A DNA stretch of 64,000 bases from contig NW_003314262.1 in the NCBI RefSeq assembly GCF_000143415.4, positions 472,078-536,077 of the forward strand. The letters run 5' to 3'. The translations under genes were made by a program, and so were the position numbers. Shown here piece by piece: positions 11,601-23,616 of this stretch (position 1 is the stretch's first letter; each line of letters begins with the position of its first letter). Under the pieces are notes generated by a model. The model worked only from the letters and a program-made list of their open reading frames with translations. It had not been told where the DNA came from and made no database searches. This DNA comes from Selaginella moellendorffii. Taxonomy: Eukaryota; Plantae; Lycopodiophyta.

Positions 11601-13593
11601 ATAGGTCAAATTCAAAGAGATCGGCATACTCTTTCATGAGCTAGTCAATCGCTACAACACAAAGACTGTCAGAGGGATTGGAAAAGGGAAGAATGGAATA
11701 AGACGGAAATGTAGGAGGAAGTAGTGGGGAGATAAAAGTAATGAAAGTAGAGGTAAAAATAGAGAGACAAAAAGGTATAAAAGTAAGAGGAATGGATGAA
11801 ATATAAGGAAGTATAAAACAAGAGGGAGAAGCCTCAAAGTCACATTTGGTATGATTGCGCTGTAACCAATTCATACCAAGGATGAGGTTAAAAGCTTGAC
11901 TCGGCACCACCTACAATGACTGCAACTCAAGTTCAAGATCGCCCACACGCATAACTAAATCCGCCTCATCCCGAGCATATGCATGTGTATGGCCATTGCC
12001 ATAAAGAATGAAAACTGGCTCCATCGCATGATGCAAGTGTAAATGGCAACGTGTGGCAATAGGTCGAGCAATAGAAGATAAACTCAAATTTGTATCAACC
12101 AATATGGAGAGAATAATATAAGACCTCTTATTATAAAAATGAGTTTGGAAAGACATTAAATGAACTAGTGCTAAATGAACCCCTTGATGATACTCCCGAA
12201 AGAAAGATGGAGGGATCACTAACTTATTCACACAAGGTCCCTCTATTACTCGCGTGACTCCTTATTTCTCGAATGCATCTTAGCGTCCAGACCTTCCATT
12301 GCAATAGCACTAATAGGATGTTGTTGACACTAAGATCTCCACCCAAGAAATGGAGACGGCCAATCTGGAAAACACCAACAACGCCAATAAGTGTGGCCAA
12401 CTTCATCACATGCCTAGCAGCGAACATCACGGCCACAACCATATCCTCGTCCTTATCCTTGGACTCAAGTAGCAGCAGCATCAACCTCCATTAGAATAGG
12501 ACTATCACCCACAAGAAGTGGAGATGGAGGACGTGCAATAAGAAGTGGAAAAGGCGACATCCCATAATGTTGTACCAAGTGAAGAGCATCGTTAAGGGTA
12601 AGTGCATGCATAATTCCGACAAAATCTTGATGAAGTGCTGGCCACAACATTCCTAGCTTGATTCACTCTGACATATTTAACTCTACATGAAGCAAAAGGT
12701 TTCGGAAACGAATGCCAAATTGCATCATTGACTCAAATGGCCCTTAATGAAGATGATGCAATTGTTGGAAGGTATCATCACAATCATCGGCATGTCTGAA
12801 TGCGCATTTGAAGACGTCCAAGAGAACATGCCAATCCCCACAAGTGGCTATGCTCAAACCATTGTACCACTACAATGCCATCCCTTGGAGACACGTGGGA
12901 AATTGACGCAAATGTCGAGCATCATCCCAAAAATGATATGTGGCAATACCGTGAAGTGATTGAACCAATGGTATATATCATCCCTAGGATTCTCACGAAA
13001 GAACTCTAGCTGAACATGAGGATTAGCACCAAGAGCAGGAGAAGCTATACCATGTGCTATGAATGCAACCATTAACTAAGTTTGGTTGTTCAATTGCAAT
13101 CACATAAGATCAAACAATTGCACCAACTGTTGCTCTAGAGTCAAAGGAGGAGGAGACTATTGCTCTGCCATAAAGATGAATGAAAAATGAAAGAGCAAAA
13201 GAAGATAAATGAAAAAAAGCTAGAAGGAAAGGGAGATTTAGACAATGGAAAAGCTAGATCTAAACCAAAATCCTGAAAGGAAAGAACAAAAGAAAAGAAA
13301 TGGAAAAAGCTAGATCTAGATGGTAAAAGCTAGATCTAGATGATGTAAAAGCTAGATCTAAACCAAAATCCTAAATCCAAACACTTCTCAAGAATAATCA
13401 AAAGTGCCCCTCACCTCCACAAATTGTGAGTGCATGCAATATGGAAAGGGAATACAGAAGATGTGTATATCAATTAGCCTCTAGTTTATAGACAAGAGCA
13501 AGTGGTTTAGATTGAAACCAATCCAAAGCATACTAAAATCCCACAACACTAATATTAGTATATGGCATCATAGTTATACGCTTGGACCTCACA
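8622..13593 (-). mobile_element. Degenerate Ty3/gypsy LTR retrotransposon with short (~170 bp) LTRs
   Basis: LTRs 13425-13593 (TGTGAG...CTCACA) and ~8630-8789; PPT at 8790-8804; PBS at ~13407-13422. Stop-ridden gag, protease (LILGMNWL), RT (KTVFHTPFGLY, FIDDVLI), RNaseH and integrase (PFELMAFNLIGPFP) in gypsy order. Confidence 0.93.
10384..10483. other. Assembly gap (100 N)
   Basis: Run of N inside the retrotransposon. Confidence 1.
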
Positions 13594-13692
13594 CTTATAA
13601 TTTTATTCAAATTCAACATTTAGTACAATTTAGATTTTTAGATTTATTGATTATTATTTTTAAAAAACCAAAAACTTACAATAATAAATGAA

Positions 13693-14643
13693 TTATTTTA
13701 AACATCCAATATGATTATAAGTGTTTGTTGCCCACCAAATCTTATTTGGAAATTTTGCTTCATATGATACTAAATTACAATCATTTTGTAAAGTAAGAGA
13801 TGTTAATTTTATACAATTTGAACAATATTTCAAAATAGACCATACTATTTTTTTGTAACTATTGTATAAAATAATATTACCATTAGTTTTAACTTTTAAA
13901 ACACATAAATCATAATACTCTTCAATATTATTTGATCTCCATATAAAGTTTGCTTTTGAATATAAAGAAATTTTGCAATTACTCTCTACTAATAATATAT
14001 TTTTACGATTTGGAGACATTAAAAATTGACCTGTGTAAAGATGATCATGTTTAGATCCAGCAATTAAAGTTGTTAATGTAATATCACAATTATCATCAAT
14101 ATTTTTTGGAACATATATGTTATGATATGAAAAACTATATATTTTTTTTAGGTCAAATCTATGAGGCCACCAAAATAAAATACTGTAACCAATTTGATAT
14201 TTTTTTGATGTAAAAGTGCATTCATCAGAACATGCTTGAAATATATCATCTTTAAATAACTGAAATAAATATTCAAATCCAGATCTTAAAGTTCTTGGAT
14301 TAATTCTATTATTTGATATTTGCCCTATTGAACATACAGGAGGATTACCATCCATACGTCTAAATTGTACAATTATCATTGCTCTACCAAGATCAACTTC
14401 TACTGTATTTTCATAATTTGCTCGATATCCATTAGGAACATATAAACCTATACTTCTTATAAGTTTTTCAAATCCATTACTAATAATCATTCCCATTTCT
14501 GTTTGATTAAATGTATTATTTCTTCCCCATTCAGTAACTGTATTTTTTGGTGCATACATATAAACTTGCATAGTATTTAAAATTGTAAAGAAAATAAATA
14601 TTTTTATTTTACATATTAACAAGAAAATTGTATATTCTTTCAT
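13693..14643 (-). CDS. Putative secreted protein: signal peptide, unrecognised ~170-aa domain, C-terminal bulb-type (GNA/B-) lectin domain
   Basis: Uninterrupted 316-aa ORF with hydrophobic N-terminus. C-terminal HLYTGQFL...CKISLY...IW...GNIILY...IVWS...LQNDCNLVSY...WWATNT matches the three-fold B-lectin pattern. Confidence 0.8.
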   Translation of the reverse strand: MKEYTIFLLICKIKIFIFFTILNTMQVYMYAPKNTVTEWGRNNTFNQTEMGMIISNGFEKLIRSIGLYVPNGYRANYENTVEVDLGRAMIIVQFRRMDGNPPVCSIGQISNNRINPRTLRSGFEYLFQLFKDDIFQACSDECTFTSKKYQIGYSILFWWPHRFDLKKIYSFSYHNIYVPKNIDDNCDITLTTLIAGSKHDHLYTGQFLMSPNRKNILLVESNCKISLYSKANFIWRSNNIEEYYDLCVLKVKTNGNIILYNSYKKIVWSILKYCSNCIKLTSLTLQNDCNLVSYEAKFPNKIWWATNTYNHIGCLK

Positions 14644-15499
14644 ATCTTCAAATTAGCTACTTGGATTGGAGTCATTTAAATGTTCTTTAAATTTTTGAAA
14701 ACTTTGAAGTTACTTTTAATTTTGTCAAAGATTAATCTTTTGACTACCTTTCTCAAAATAACTTTTAGACTTTTTAAAATAATTATAGATGTTTGACTGT
14801 TTTAACCTAGTGTGAATAAAAGCCTAACATATTTAGAAAGCCTGGATATTCTAAAATTATTTTTTATCTTATGATCATATACAATGGATGGACTTATAAA
14901 AAAATATACTTATTTTTTTATATGAGATTGTTTGGCTACTTCATAAGAAGTTCTCAGCCTCTCAACATGCCACTCAAGAGTGGTCAACCCACAAAAGCTT
15001 ATGCATACCAATTTGCTACTGTTATAATCATAATTATAAACCTATGCCATACTCATCCCCCACATGGAGCTCTACCAGCTACTGTCGTAGCATGTTTTCC
15101 CAGCAGCAGCAGTGGGATTGGTTTGGCTATTATCCAGGAGGTGATCTAAAAATGCCAGCGCCCTAATAACTATTTTTTGTTTTAAGAAAATTCTTTTACA
15201 ACCTTTTGCACTAGCGTTTTGAGTACCATCTAAGAATTAGGATATTTCTTTGATTGTGTATGATGATCAAACTAAGACTGTTTATGACTACCAAAAAGTT
15301 TCCCTACTAGCTACTATCTAGATATAACAGAAGAAAAACTTATATAACATATGCACATAATAAAATCTTACTTTCTTTCTCTCAATGAACATAATAAATT
15401 TATGATAATATGAAATATGCAAGAAAACCAAACATTTCTACAATGAAATGTGCAGAAAAATGATTAAGTCATGACTAGTAAAGTTTTATATACATTAGG

Positions 15500-15532
<33 letters not shown>

Positions 15533-16309
15533 TTCAGGTAAGCAATATAAAATAAGGGTGAAGGGGAGACCGTGCCAAGGAAAAAGGTCTATTTTACTGA
15601 AGCAACATTGCTTAAAGTACCATATTTACAACATTTTTACTCTTTTTTGATCATAAGAGTGTGGGATAAAAGAAAAAGCAAGAAGTGAGTAAAAAGAGCT
15701 AGATTGACTCTTATTTCTCAATTAGCAGTCAATAGCAACAACCTACTCTACCTTAAGATGTTCATTCAAGTGAGCTACAATAGATTTACCTATATGATTT
15801 CTCACAAGCTTGCTCCAAGGATGCACAAAATTCAGTACATCATTTCCTAATAAACACTTCTATTTGATCATCACTAGAAAGGATGAATTTTCAAATTTAT
15901 AAAATAGTTTTTCTTTTGTGTTTTAACTTTCATGTTATAATCAGGTGTTCTTATTATGAAGAGGCAAACAAAAAAAAAACACATACACCAAGCAAGAGAC
16001 CTCAAATTTCTAGCTAACAGTTCTAAATAGACATGCTTCATTAGTAGTGCATAGAGATACTTTATGCATGAGGTGAATAATGGAAGGATGAAACTACAAA
16101 AAAGGTCTGTAGGCTTTGCATGCAAGAAACAACTCAATGAAGAAGAAAAGAAGATTCTATAGAAATGAAGTTGATTCACCATTTTGTGGTAACAAACTTT
16201 CCATATATGATATATGCCAAATAATCAATATCTATAGGAAAGTTTAGTGCCCTAGGTAAATATAATTCTGTAGATTGATTGAATAAATTAAATATCAAAT
16301 ATAAACTCA

Positions 16310-17145
16310 TGAATTTAGACTTCTTAGAAAGTTACCAACTCAAACTTATAAATGCTTAACTCTAAAAATCTAAAGACCCTTTGCCCAATTGAAAAATAAA
16401 TTATACCCTTATTCAAGGCTTCTTTCTTTTTATATTTGAATTCCAATAGACCATTCTTAAATCACTCTTTTTAATTGCTTATAAGATGATGCAATCTAAG
16501 ATTTAGTACAATAAAAACTCTTCTACAATATCAAGGAGAGTCCATTCTTCTTTATTTTGGTAGACAAAAGTATTGACTATGGTGTAAGCTCCTAAGTATA
16601 AACTTCCCATGATGTCACGTAGCTTAGTATTATTCAAACCCAAATAAGTTTAACCACAAGTATCCCAAAACCCTCAACCAATTTAAAAAAGACTCTTGTT
16701 AATAGGCCCTTTCCCTCTATATCTTTTATAAATTGTTTCTTGAGTTATTTTGTTTGTTTGCTTACAATTCATCACACTTCCCTATAAATTCATGAAGTGT
16801 TTAAGGTTTATGCTTAAACCCTAAACCGAAGCAATAAGGAATTAACTCCTCCCGATATTGTATGCTAAAGGATCCCTGAAATTATAATTAAAACAATAAA
16901 GAGATCATCAGATAAGACTAAATCCAAGATTGACTCTAAAACCGAGTCTGAGATTGACTCCGGAACTGACTCCAAGACCGAGTTCAAGACTGAGTCTGAA
17001 CCAAGATCTAACATTTGAGATCAAGTCTAAGACCGAGTCTAAAGTCAAGTTTGAAATCAAGTCTGAAATTGAGTTTGAAACAAAGTCCAAATATTAATAC
17101 AAGTCAAGTAGGTCAAGGGGTGAAAGCCTAAAGTGATCATCTCCT
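16310..17145. mobile_element. LTR-element remnants (family also at ~20260-20330 and 60950-62470) with a degenerate 6-bp periodic tract
   Basis: 16583-16690 is reverse-complementary to 61860-61967; hexamer-periodic tract 16910-17090 followed by AAGGGGTGAAAGCCTAAAGTGATCATCTCC, nearly identical to 62438-62466. Confidence 0.65.
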
Positions 17146-17161
17146 GGGGGGGGTGGGAAGT

Positions 17162-18453
17162 TGAGGTTGCAAGGGCTTCCAAAATTATAGTAGAGATAGA
17201 GAGGTTTAGGACCTAGTCTTAAAAGAATTCTCTAGAACTCAGTCTTAAAGGAACTTTCTAATAATGCTTCCAAACCGAGTTAAGGTTGAGATTAGGGGGT
17301 TAGTGCCTTTGAGTGGGAGTGAGCACAAACTCAAGGGATGCAAAAGAAGCCACCTAAGAAAGTGCTCAAGACTAACTCCCACTCTTAGAAGGGAAACTAT
17401 TACAAATGTGACTTTGGGTATTGAAAGTTATCTGTCGGCTAGTTCTTTCAGATATTTTTTCTTTACTGCCACGACGACAGGAGGTCGGTATTACTGGACC
17501 CATTATCAGTTCTCACTTGAGCTAGTTGAGAAACTAGTCAATGACCATACACTTAAATTTGATAAACATAAGGTAGGAACCCTATGTGTTTCTTGCTAAG
17601 CATACTTGGCCTAGTTTGATAAACTTGTGTCATTGACTTGCACTTACTAGTATCAAGAACCCCCACGATGTTGAGATTGGTCCCTCAATATTTACTAAAT
17701 GATAGCTTTCCGTGTTTGCCAAACACCCTTGCTATCATGCCCTTTGTGTTAGTCTCATTCCGGTCACATTCGCGATAGAAACCGACTGCAGTGCCCTTAA
17801 TTTATATAGAGTGGTGCCCCACTTGACCCAAAGTCACATTCGCGATAAAAACCGACTGCAGTGCCCTTAATTTATATGGAGTGGTGCCCCACTTGACCCA
17901 AAGTCACATTCGCGATAAAAACCGACTGTAGTGCCCCTAACTTATATGGAGTGGTGCCCCACTTGAGTACTATGTGTCTTATTGTTTGTTGCTTCTTCCT
18001 AAGGGCTTAGGCCTTCCCATTGTGACGGAAGTGGGGGAGTAAGGGTACCCATACTAGGTTGTTAAGCCATAATGTTTCCCCCAAGAGTCCCAAAGTAAGA
18101 TATGCACCCAAGGCTTGGGACTTAGAGGGTCCCATGATCAAGTCTTGTTATACCAAGGGAAGTTAGGAATCTGGAGGATTGGTATACTTGGTTGCTTGTG
18201 TTTGCGGAGAGTGTAATCGAACCTTAATCTAGTTTAACTTGGGGAGGGGGATTGGGAAAGAATTTAGGAATCTGTGGATAGATGGTTGATACCCTATTAC
18301 TCATGTAGTGAATAGTTGAATCCAAATATGACCAAATAGGAGTTGGTATAATAGGTGGGAACCTTAACAAAGGAAGGTAACGGTGGTCAGATAGATGAGA
18401 TAAGCTAGCAAAGTGGAAAGGAAAAATTTATAGTTTACAATTTGGTATCAGAG
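17162..18453 (+). mobile_element. LTR preceded by PPT and followed by Met-tRNA PBS
   Basis: GGGGGGGGTGGGAAG at ~17146-17160, ...TTTACA end at 18438, TGGTATCAGAG at 18443-18453; inverted homolog at 20844-21585. Confidence 0.75.
17763..17966. repeat. 70-bp tandem repeat, 2.9 copies
   Basis: GTCACATTCGCGATARAAACCGACTGYAGTGCCC...CCACTTGA units start at 17763, 17833 and 17903. Confidence 0.95.
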
Positions 18454-20843
18454 TTTTTTTCTTAGTTCTAGCGAAGGATAGAAGCAGATCATTGAGAGAT
18501 GGCAAAAGTAGAGTGTAACTGCACCAAAGAACTTTTATAATCTTATCATCTTTAAGAAGTTCAAGATGTTTTAGTCTATTAGTGGAAAATTGCAGATAAA
18601 ACTCAATACTCCAACCTTATAACTTTTCAAATATGAATTAGTGTAAGTTCTAACTTAAAATATCATTTCAAGTTTGGTTTTTTATCCATTTGCTATTATG
18701 AACCCATTAGACACTTGTTTTCTAGATGTTGCTTTCAAAATAGTGTCATATCCACAATACTTTCAAGAGTGATCAACACTTATGAGAACATTGTTCAACA
18801 AGCTACTAGAGACAATAAACACCAATTATAGAAGCTTAAAGCATCATACATCATTTTATTTCCAATGCTTTGCATTAAAAATCTTGTAAAATCATTGAGT
18901 TCATTGTTGCAAGCAACAATACAAAAAAATGAGTGGAATATGTTTCTAGATACATATTTCTTATAAAATCTTATTGGCTCATTCTTTGTTACTACATATT
19001 GAATGAAGCTATTCCAATTTTGTATGGTTGTCTCTACAAATACTGCTTTATATTATCAAGGGTTGTTGTTGCAAAACAACAGTAAATTAGAAACTAAAGC
19101 TTCTTTTAAGCTGTATACATAGTATGTGCTAATAAGACTTCTTAATAGCATAGGGAAGTCGGATATACCCTTACGGGGGATAAGTTGCTTGTGTTGCGAT
19201 ATAGTAAGTCAATGTCATAAAAGGAAATACTCATTGTCAAGGAAGCCGTCATTGGGACACCTGAACACTCTAGAACACCAGAAGGTGGTGTTTGATATCG
19301 CAAGGGCAATGGATAAAGCCCAAGGGACTAAGTCCCTAGCGAATGATGGATAGAAGGTGCTATCCAAATGTCCAAGGTTGCGGAGACAGGAGAGGATTGT
19401 CTACCCGAGTTGGACAAAGCCAAAAATGGAATTTTGGCAAGGCTAGTGATGGGCATGTAAAGGCCCATAAGCAACAATGTAATCCCAGTGTGTGGGATTA
19501 TAAGGTGAGCATACCCGGATTGAGGAACCACTCCCTGGGCTATTGGGTAGGTTCATCCCTATAAATACTTGCTAAGGCATGATAGAAAGTGCAAAGCTAT
19601 CCTCCTGGTCTGAAGGAGAATGACCGAAGGAAAGGTGTGAAGCCAAAAGCAAGAAGTAAGGGGATAGAACCGAACCATAGAAATCGAAGGGCATAACCAA
19701 GGTTGGTTATGCCAGCTGGGAGTGGAGAATCAAGTGGGGGCTCGAGGGTGTTGCCGCTAGCAACCGTGATGCCATGGAGAGTCTAAAATATGGAATTGTC
19801 CATGTTAGACTATATGGTAATTGGAAAGCTTGCAAAAAAGGGGGGCCTTAGCAAGCTAAGGGACAGAGTTCCTTCAAAGTTCCCAAAGAGGATTCTAGGT
19901 AGCTTAGTACCTAGAAAGGCCAAGCGTAAATGGTTCAAGGAACGCGCGAAATCAGAGTGGCGCAGCAGAAGCGTGGTCTTGAAGCTTGCCATGAGGCAAG
20001 GCTATCAAGGTTAGGGAAGTAGTTCCCGAGTGTTCAAAGAGAGGGTTTTGAACGAAAGTCGATGGTCAAGGACTTTCACGCTTGTGCAAGAACCATGTTA
20101 CAGTGGTCAGAGGACTTGCCAAGCGAGATTGGCAAGTCAGGGGAACAGATACCCTAATTGAAGGTGATAACTTCAAAAAACTAATGATGATAAAATTAAA
20201 TAGTAAAGATTTAAGAATTATAAATATGAAGTACTTGACATGTGAAAGAATATAAGGTAGAATGTAAGCTCTTGAATTTAAACTTCCCAGGAGGTCACCC
20301 AGCCTAATACTATGTAAAGATATATCCAATATATCAACAAGTGAAAGACACATGACTAAGGCTAATAGGGGTTTATTGCAAAGCCTCTCAATCCCTGATA
20401 ATTCATAGAAATTGTAAGTAATTAAATTTTCCATTCTACTTTAGTCACTTAACCACACTTTCGACCACTTGGAGGAGTCTCACTCACAACCTCCATAAGT
20501 CCTACTTTGGTAGTATCAAGGATGAGTTGATTGGTTATGGTAGTGAGAACCTTTTAATAAGTTACCTAATACATATTGACGATCTTGAAATAAATCCTTC
20601 TCAAATTTTGGAACACATTTATGCTAGAAATCACCACTTAAAGCTCAAGTATGGTCCATTTGATGCAAAAGCTATTATGTTCTCTACTCTCAAATTCATG
20701 TTTAGTAACAAACCTTGAAGTATTTCAAATTTTAACTATAATATCCCATTTTACACTAATAAAAGCTTCATAAAATCATAGTATAGTTTCTTCTCTCAAA
20801 CCAAATAAACCATATAAACAATAAAGTATTTTTCATAACTATG

Positions 20844-21585
20844 TGTAAGTTATAAATTTTTCCTTTCTAATTTGTTAGCTTACCTCATCTATCTAACCAC
20901 CTTTGCCTTGCCCTTAGTTAAGTTCCCTTGCCAAAGTTCCTACCTATTATACAAACTTCTACTTAATTTTACTTGGATTCAACTACTCATTATATGAATA
21001 ATAGGATGTTAACCATCTATCCACAAATTCCTAAATCTTCTCTCAATCCCCCTCCCTAAATTAGACTAGATTTTAAAGTTCGATTACACTCCCCGCATGG
21101 ATAAGAAACCATGTATATCAAGCCTCCAGGTTCTTAGTACAACAAAACTTATTTATAAAACCTTCTAAATTCTAAGCTTTATGTGCATATTTTACTTCAA
21201 AACCCCGAGGGGAAATATTATATCCTAACAGTCCGGTATAAATACCCTTATTCCCCCACTTCGACCCAAAGGGAAGGCCCAAGCCCCTAGGAATAAACGA
21301 AGACCAATGAGCTACATAGTACTCAAATAAGACACCACTCTGTATAAGTCAAAAACACTATAGTTAATTTCCTTTCCTTGAGTGGGAGTTGTTTTCGAGC
21401 ACTTCCTTGGGTAGCCCCTCTTGCAACCCCTAAGTTTGTGCTCATTTCCATCTAAAGCCACTAAACCCCCAATATCAACCTCAACTCAGTTTGGAAGCAT
21501 TGCTAAAAAGTTCCTTTAATACTAAGTCCTAGACCTCACTATCCCTACTATACTTTTGGAAGCCCTATAAACCCCCTGCCCCCCA
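20844..21585 (-). mobile_element. Solo-LTR-like inverted copy of the 17162-18438 LTR
   Basis: Reverse-complement matches, e.g. TGTAAGTTATAAATTTTTCC vs GGAAAAATTTATAGTTTACA, and TTTGGAAGCCCT vs AGGGCTTCCAAA. Confidence 0.75.
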
Positions 21586-22343
21586 TGCTTAATATTTAAC
21601 TTCAAATTAATTATATAAGATGTGGAGGGGTAAACTTTTGAATTTAGTCATAAAAATTGCTGCCATATATTTGTGGAGGGTGTTCCATTATCAATGTTCA
21701 CTTCTTGTGCTATTGGGTTGTATAGATGGTGGTCAGTTTGACATAAAGTTGAATGGTGAATTTTTTTAGGATTTCCTTATCATGGTGCTTAATCAAGGGG
21801 TTTGTGTGGACAACCTTGGTCAATGTATTGGTGAGTAGAATGTCTAATGTATTACATGCTCCAGTAACTCACATCAGTGGAGGGTCATGTAGGGAAGTCA
21901 TCATAAATGGCTTAATAGAAGCTGTGATAGAATACAATTTAGCATATTGATAATCAAGTGGTTAGGATAAATTTCACTTCCTCTAGAGTGTAGTAGATGG
22001 CCATAGTTCCATAAAAGAGTCACCCACTAGGTGGAGAGCTTGAGTTGACCACTTGGGAATAAGACTATAATTAAATGTGGTTTTAGTGAATTATTATATG
22101 TAAATTTCCCCACAATTAGCTTATATGACAAATGACAAGGGTGGTACCTAGAAAAATCAAAGCATGAAGCTTGGAACTTTCTAGATAGCTTTAAGCTCAG
22201 CACTGATATTCACTCGAGTTCATCTGGATTTGTTGTTTTATGCATATCTATAACCAGCCTAAAAGGTTATTCAACTGGGAATAACTATTTTACAGTTTAA
22301 ATTTAAACCAAAACATTGACGTTGCAAAGATCTGGAAAGCTAG

Positions 22344-23468
22344 TTATGGATCAAAGTCAAGGCAAAGACGAGCACTATAGCGAGCTTCCAAGTTAGCAAG
22401 CTTCATCTGGAAATCTCGCTCCAGCTCAAACCTACGCTGCACGAGCTGGGGATCCAATCCTTCTCTTGGCATTACGATCAGGGCAGTGGACAACGAGCTT
22501 CAGCCATGGGCACTTCATCACCCCTTCAATCACATTTATGATAGCGCTGCCATTGCCAAGGATCTTCATCTCGAGCTCACCAAGTTTGTTGAGGTGATGC
22601 CAGTTGGAGTAAACATCATTATGGAATAGAAAAGCAGCTCTCCAGTTCTATGGTGTAGCAAAGAAAACGAGATTCGTACCTTGGTGTTCTTGAAAACAAG
22701 ACACCGGAGTCTTGTAAATCTCTCCACAAGAGAAAAGGAGAGCCACTCTCCCTCGATGATCAAAGCCTTTGCTCGATCAAACCCAGATATGCCACAAAAC
22801 TCAGTAGTAAAATGCGCAAGCTCCAGCTCCTTCGGATCTAGAGTTGCAACTTCCAGTCCGTGGACGTGCAAACGCTTGAGACTGGGCGTCTCCAAATGGA
22901 CGCGTGGGAGAGGGCAGGTGATTACGTTGAAAAGCAGCACCAGATTCCTAATCGTGGTACTCTCACAGGGAGGATCCATTGGCAGGTAGAAGCTCGAGCG
23001 GATCTCCATCACTTTGAGCTTCACAAGCCTTGGTGCAAGTGATTCTACCACTCCCCACTTGACGGTGATGCGTATCAACTGCCCCACCTTGCGGCAAACA
23101 CCCATACTTGTCCAGACCACCCACGGCAAACCCCGAGATGATTCCAGCTCCAAGGTCTCCAGGGATGGCGAAGCGAAACGCAAGAACGGCTTCCAGGAAA
23201 ACGACCCCCCACCGACATTGCTATCCAACACAGTGCGTAGTTTTGACAAGGTTTTCGCCTTGGATAGCTGCTGCAATAGTGCCTCTTGAGTCTTGACCAA
23301 GGCATGATTGTCCGGGATGTTGAAGCGAAAGACCATGGACGCTACCTGGAACTGGAGCCGTCTCACAGCTCCGCTTGACATTGCGAGGATCGCTACCTCG
23401 TGTCGCTCCATGCGCTGGAGAATGTCGATCACCACTTCGTCAAGAGCAAAAGGATCCGGCACCGCCAT
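22344..23468 (-). CDS. F-box/LRR(FBD)-like protein; 3' end frame-disrupted, possibly a pseudogene
   Basis: PDPFALDEVVIDILQRM F-box-like start and LRR-like LETLEL/LKRLHV repeats. Coding-like sequence continues past 22566 in other frames (KCPWLK...). Confidence 0.55.
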
Positions 23469-23616
23469 AGCCCAGATCAATCGTGGATTCCTATTTCCAA
23501 CACTTCGATCTTTCGAAATCTAGTTCCAGCCAACTCAAATAGCCATTAAATTCTCAATTAATACTCATTTATTCGTGAAATTTAGGGTTCTTATTTCTAG
23601 GGTTTAAACAGGGGCA

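Noticed and set aside
17763-17966. CRISPR-like repeat array
   Set aside because: Contiguous 70-bp units with no unique spacers and no cas genes; eukaryotic TE context.
18520-20060. Further TE-like fragments
   Set aside because: LTR-like composition and a TATA at ~19558, but boundaries and family could not be supported.
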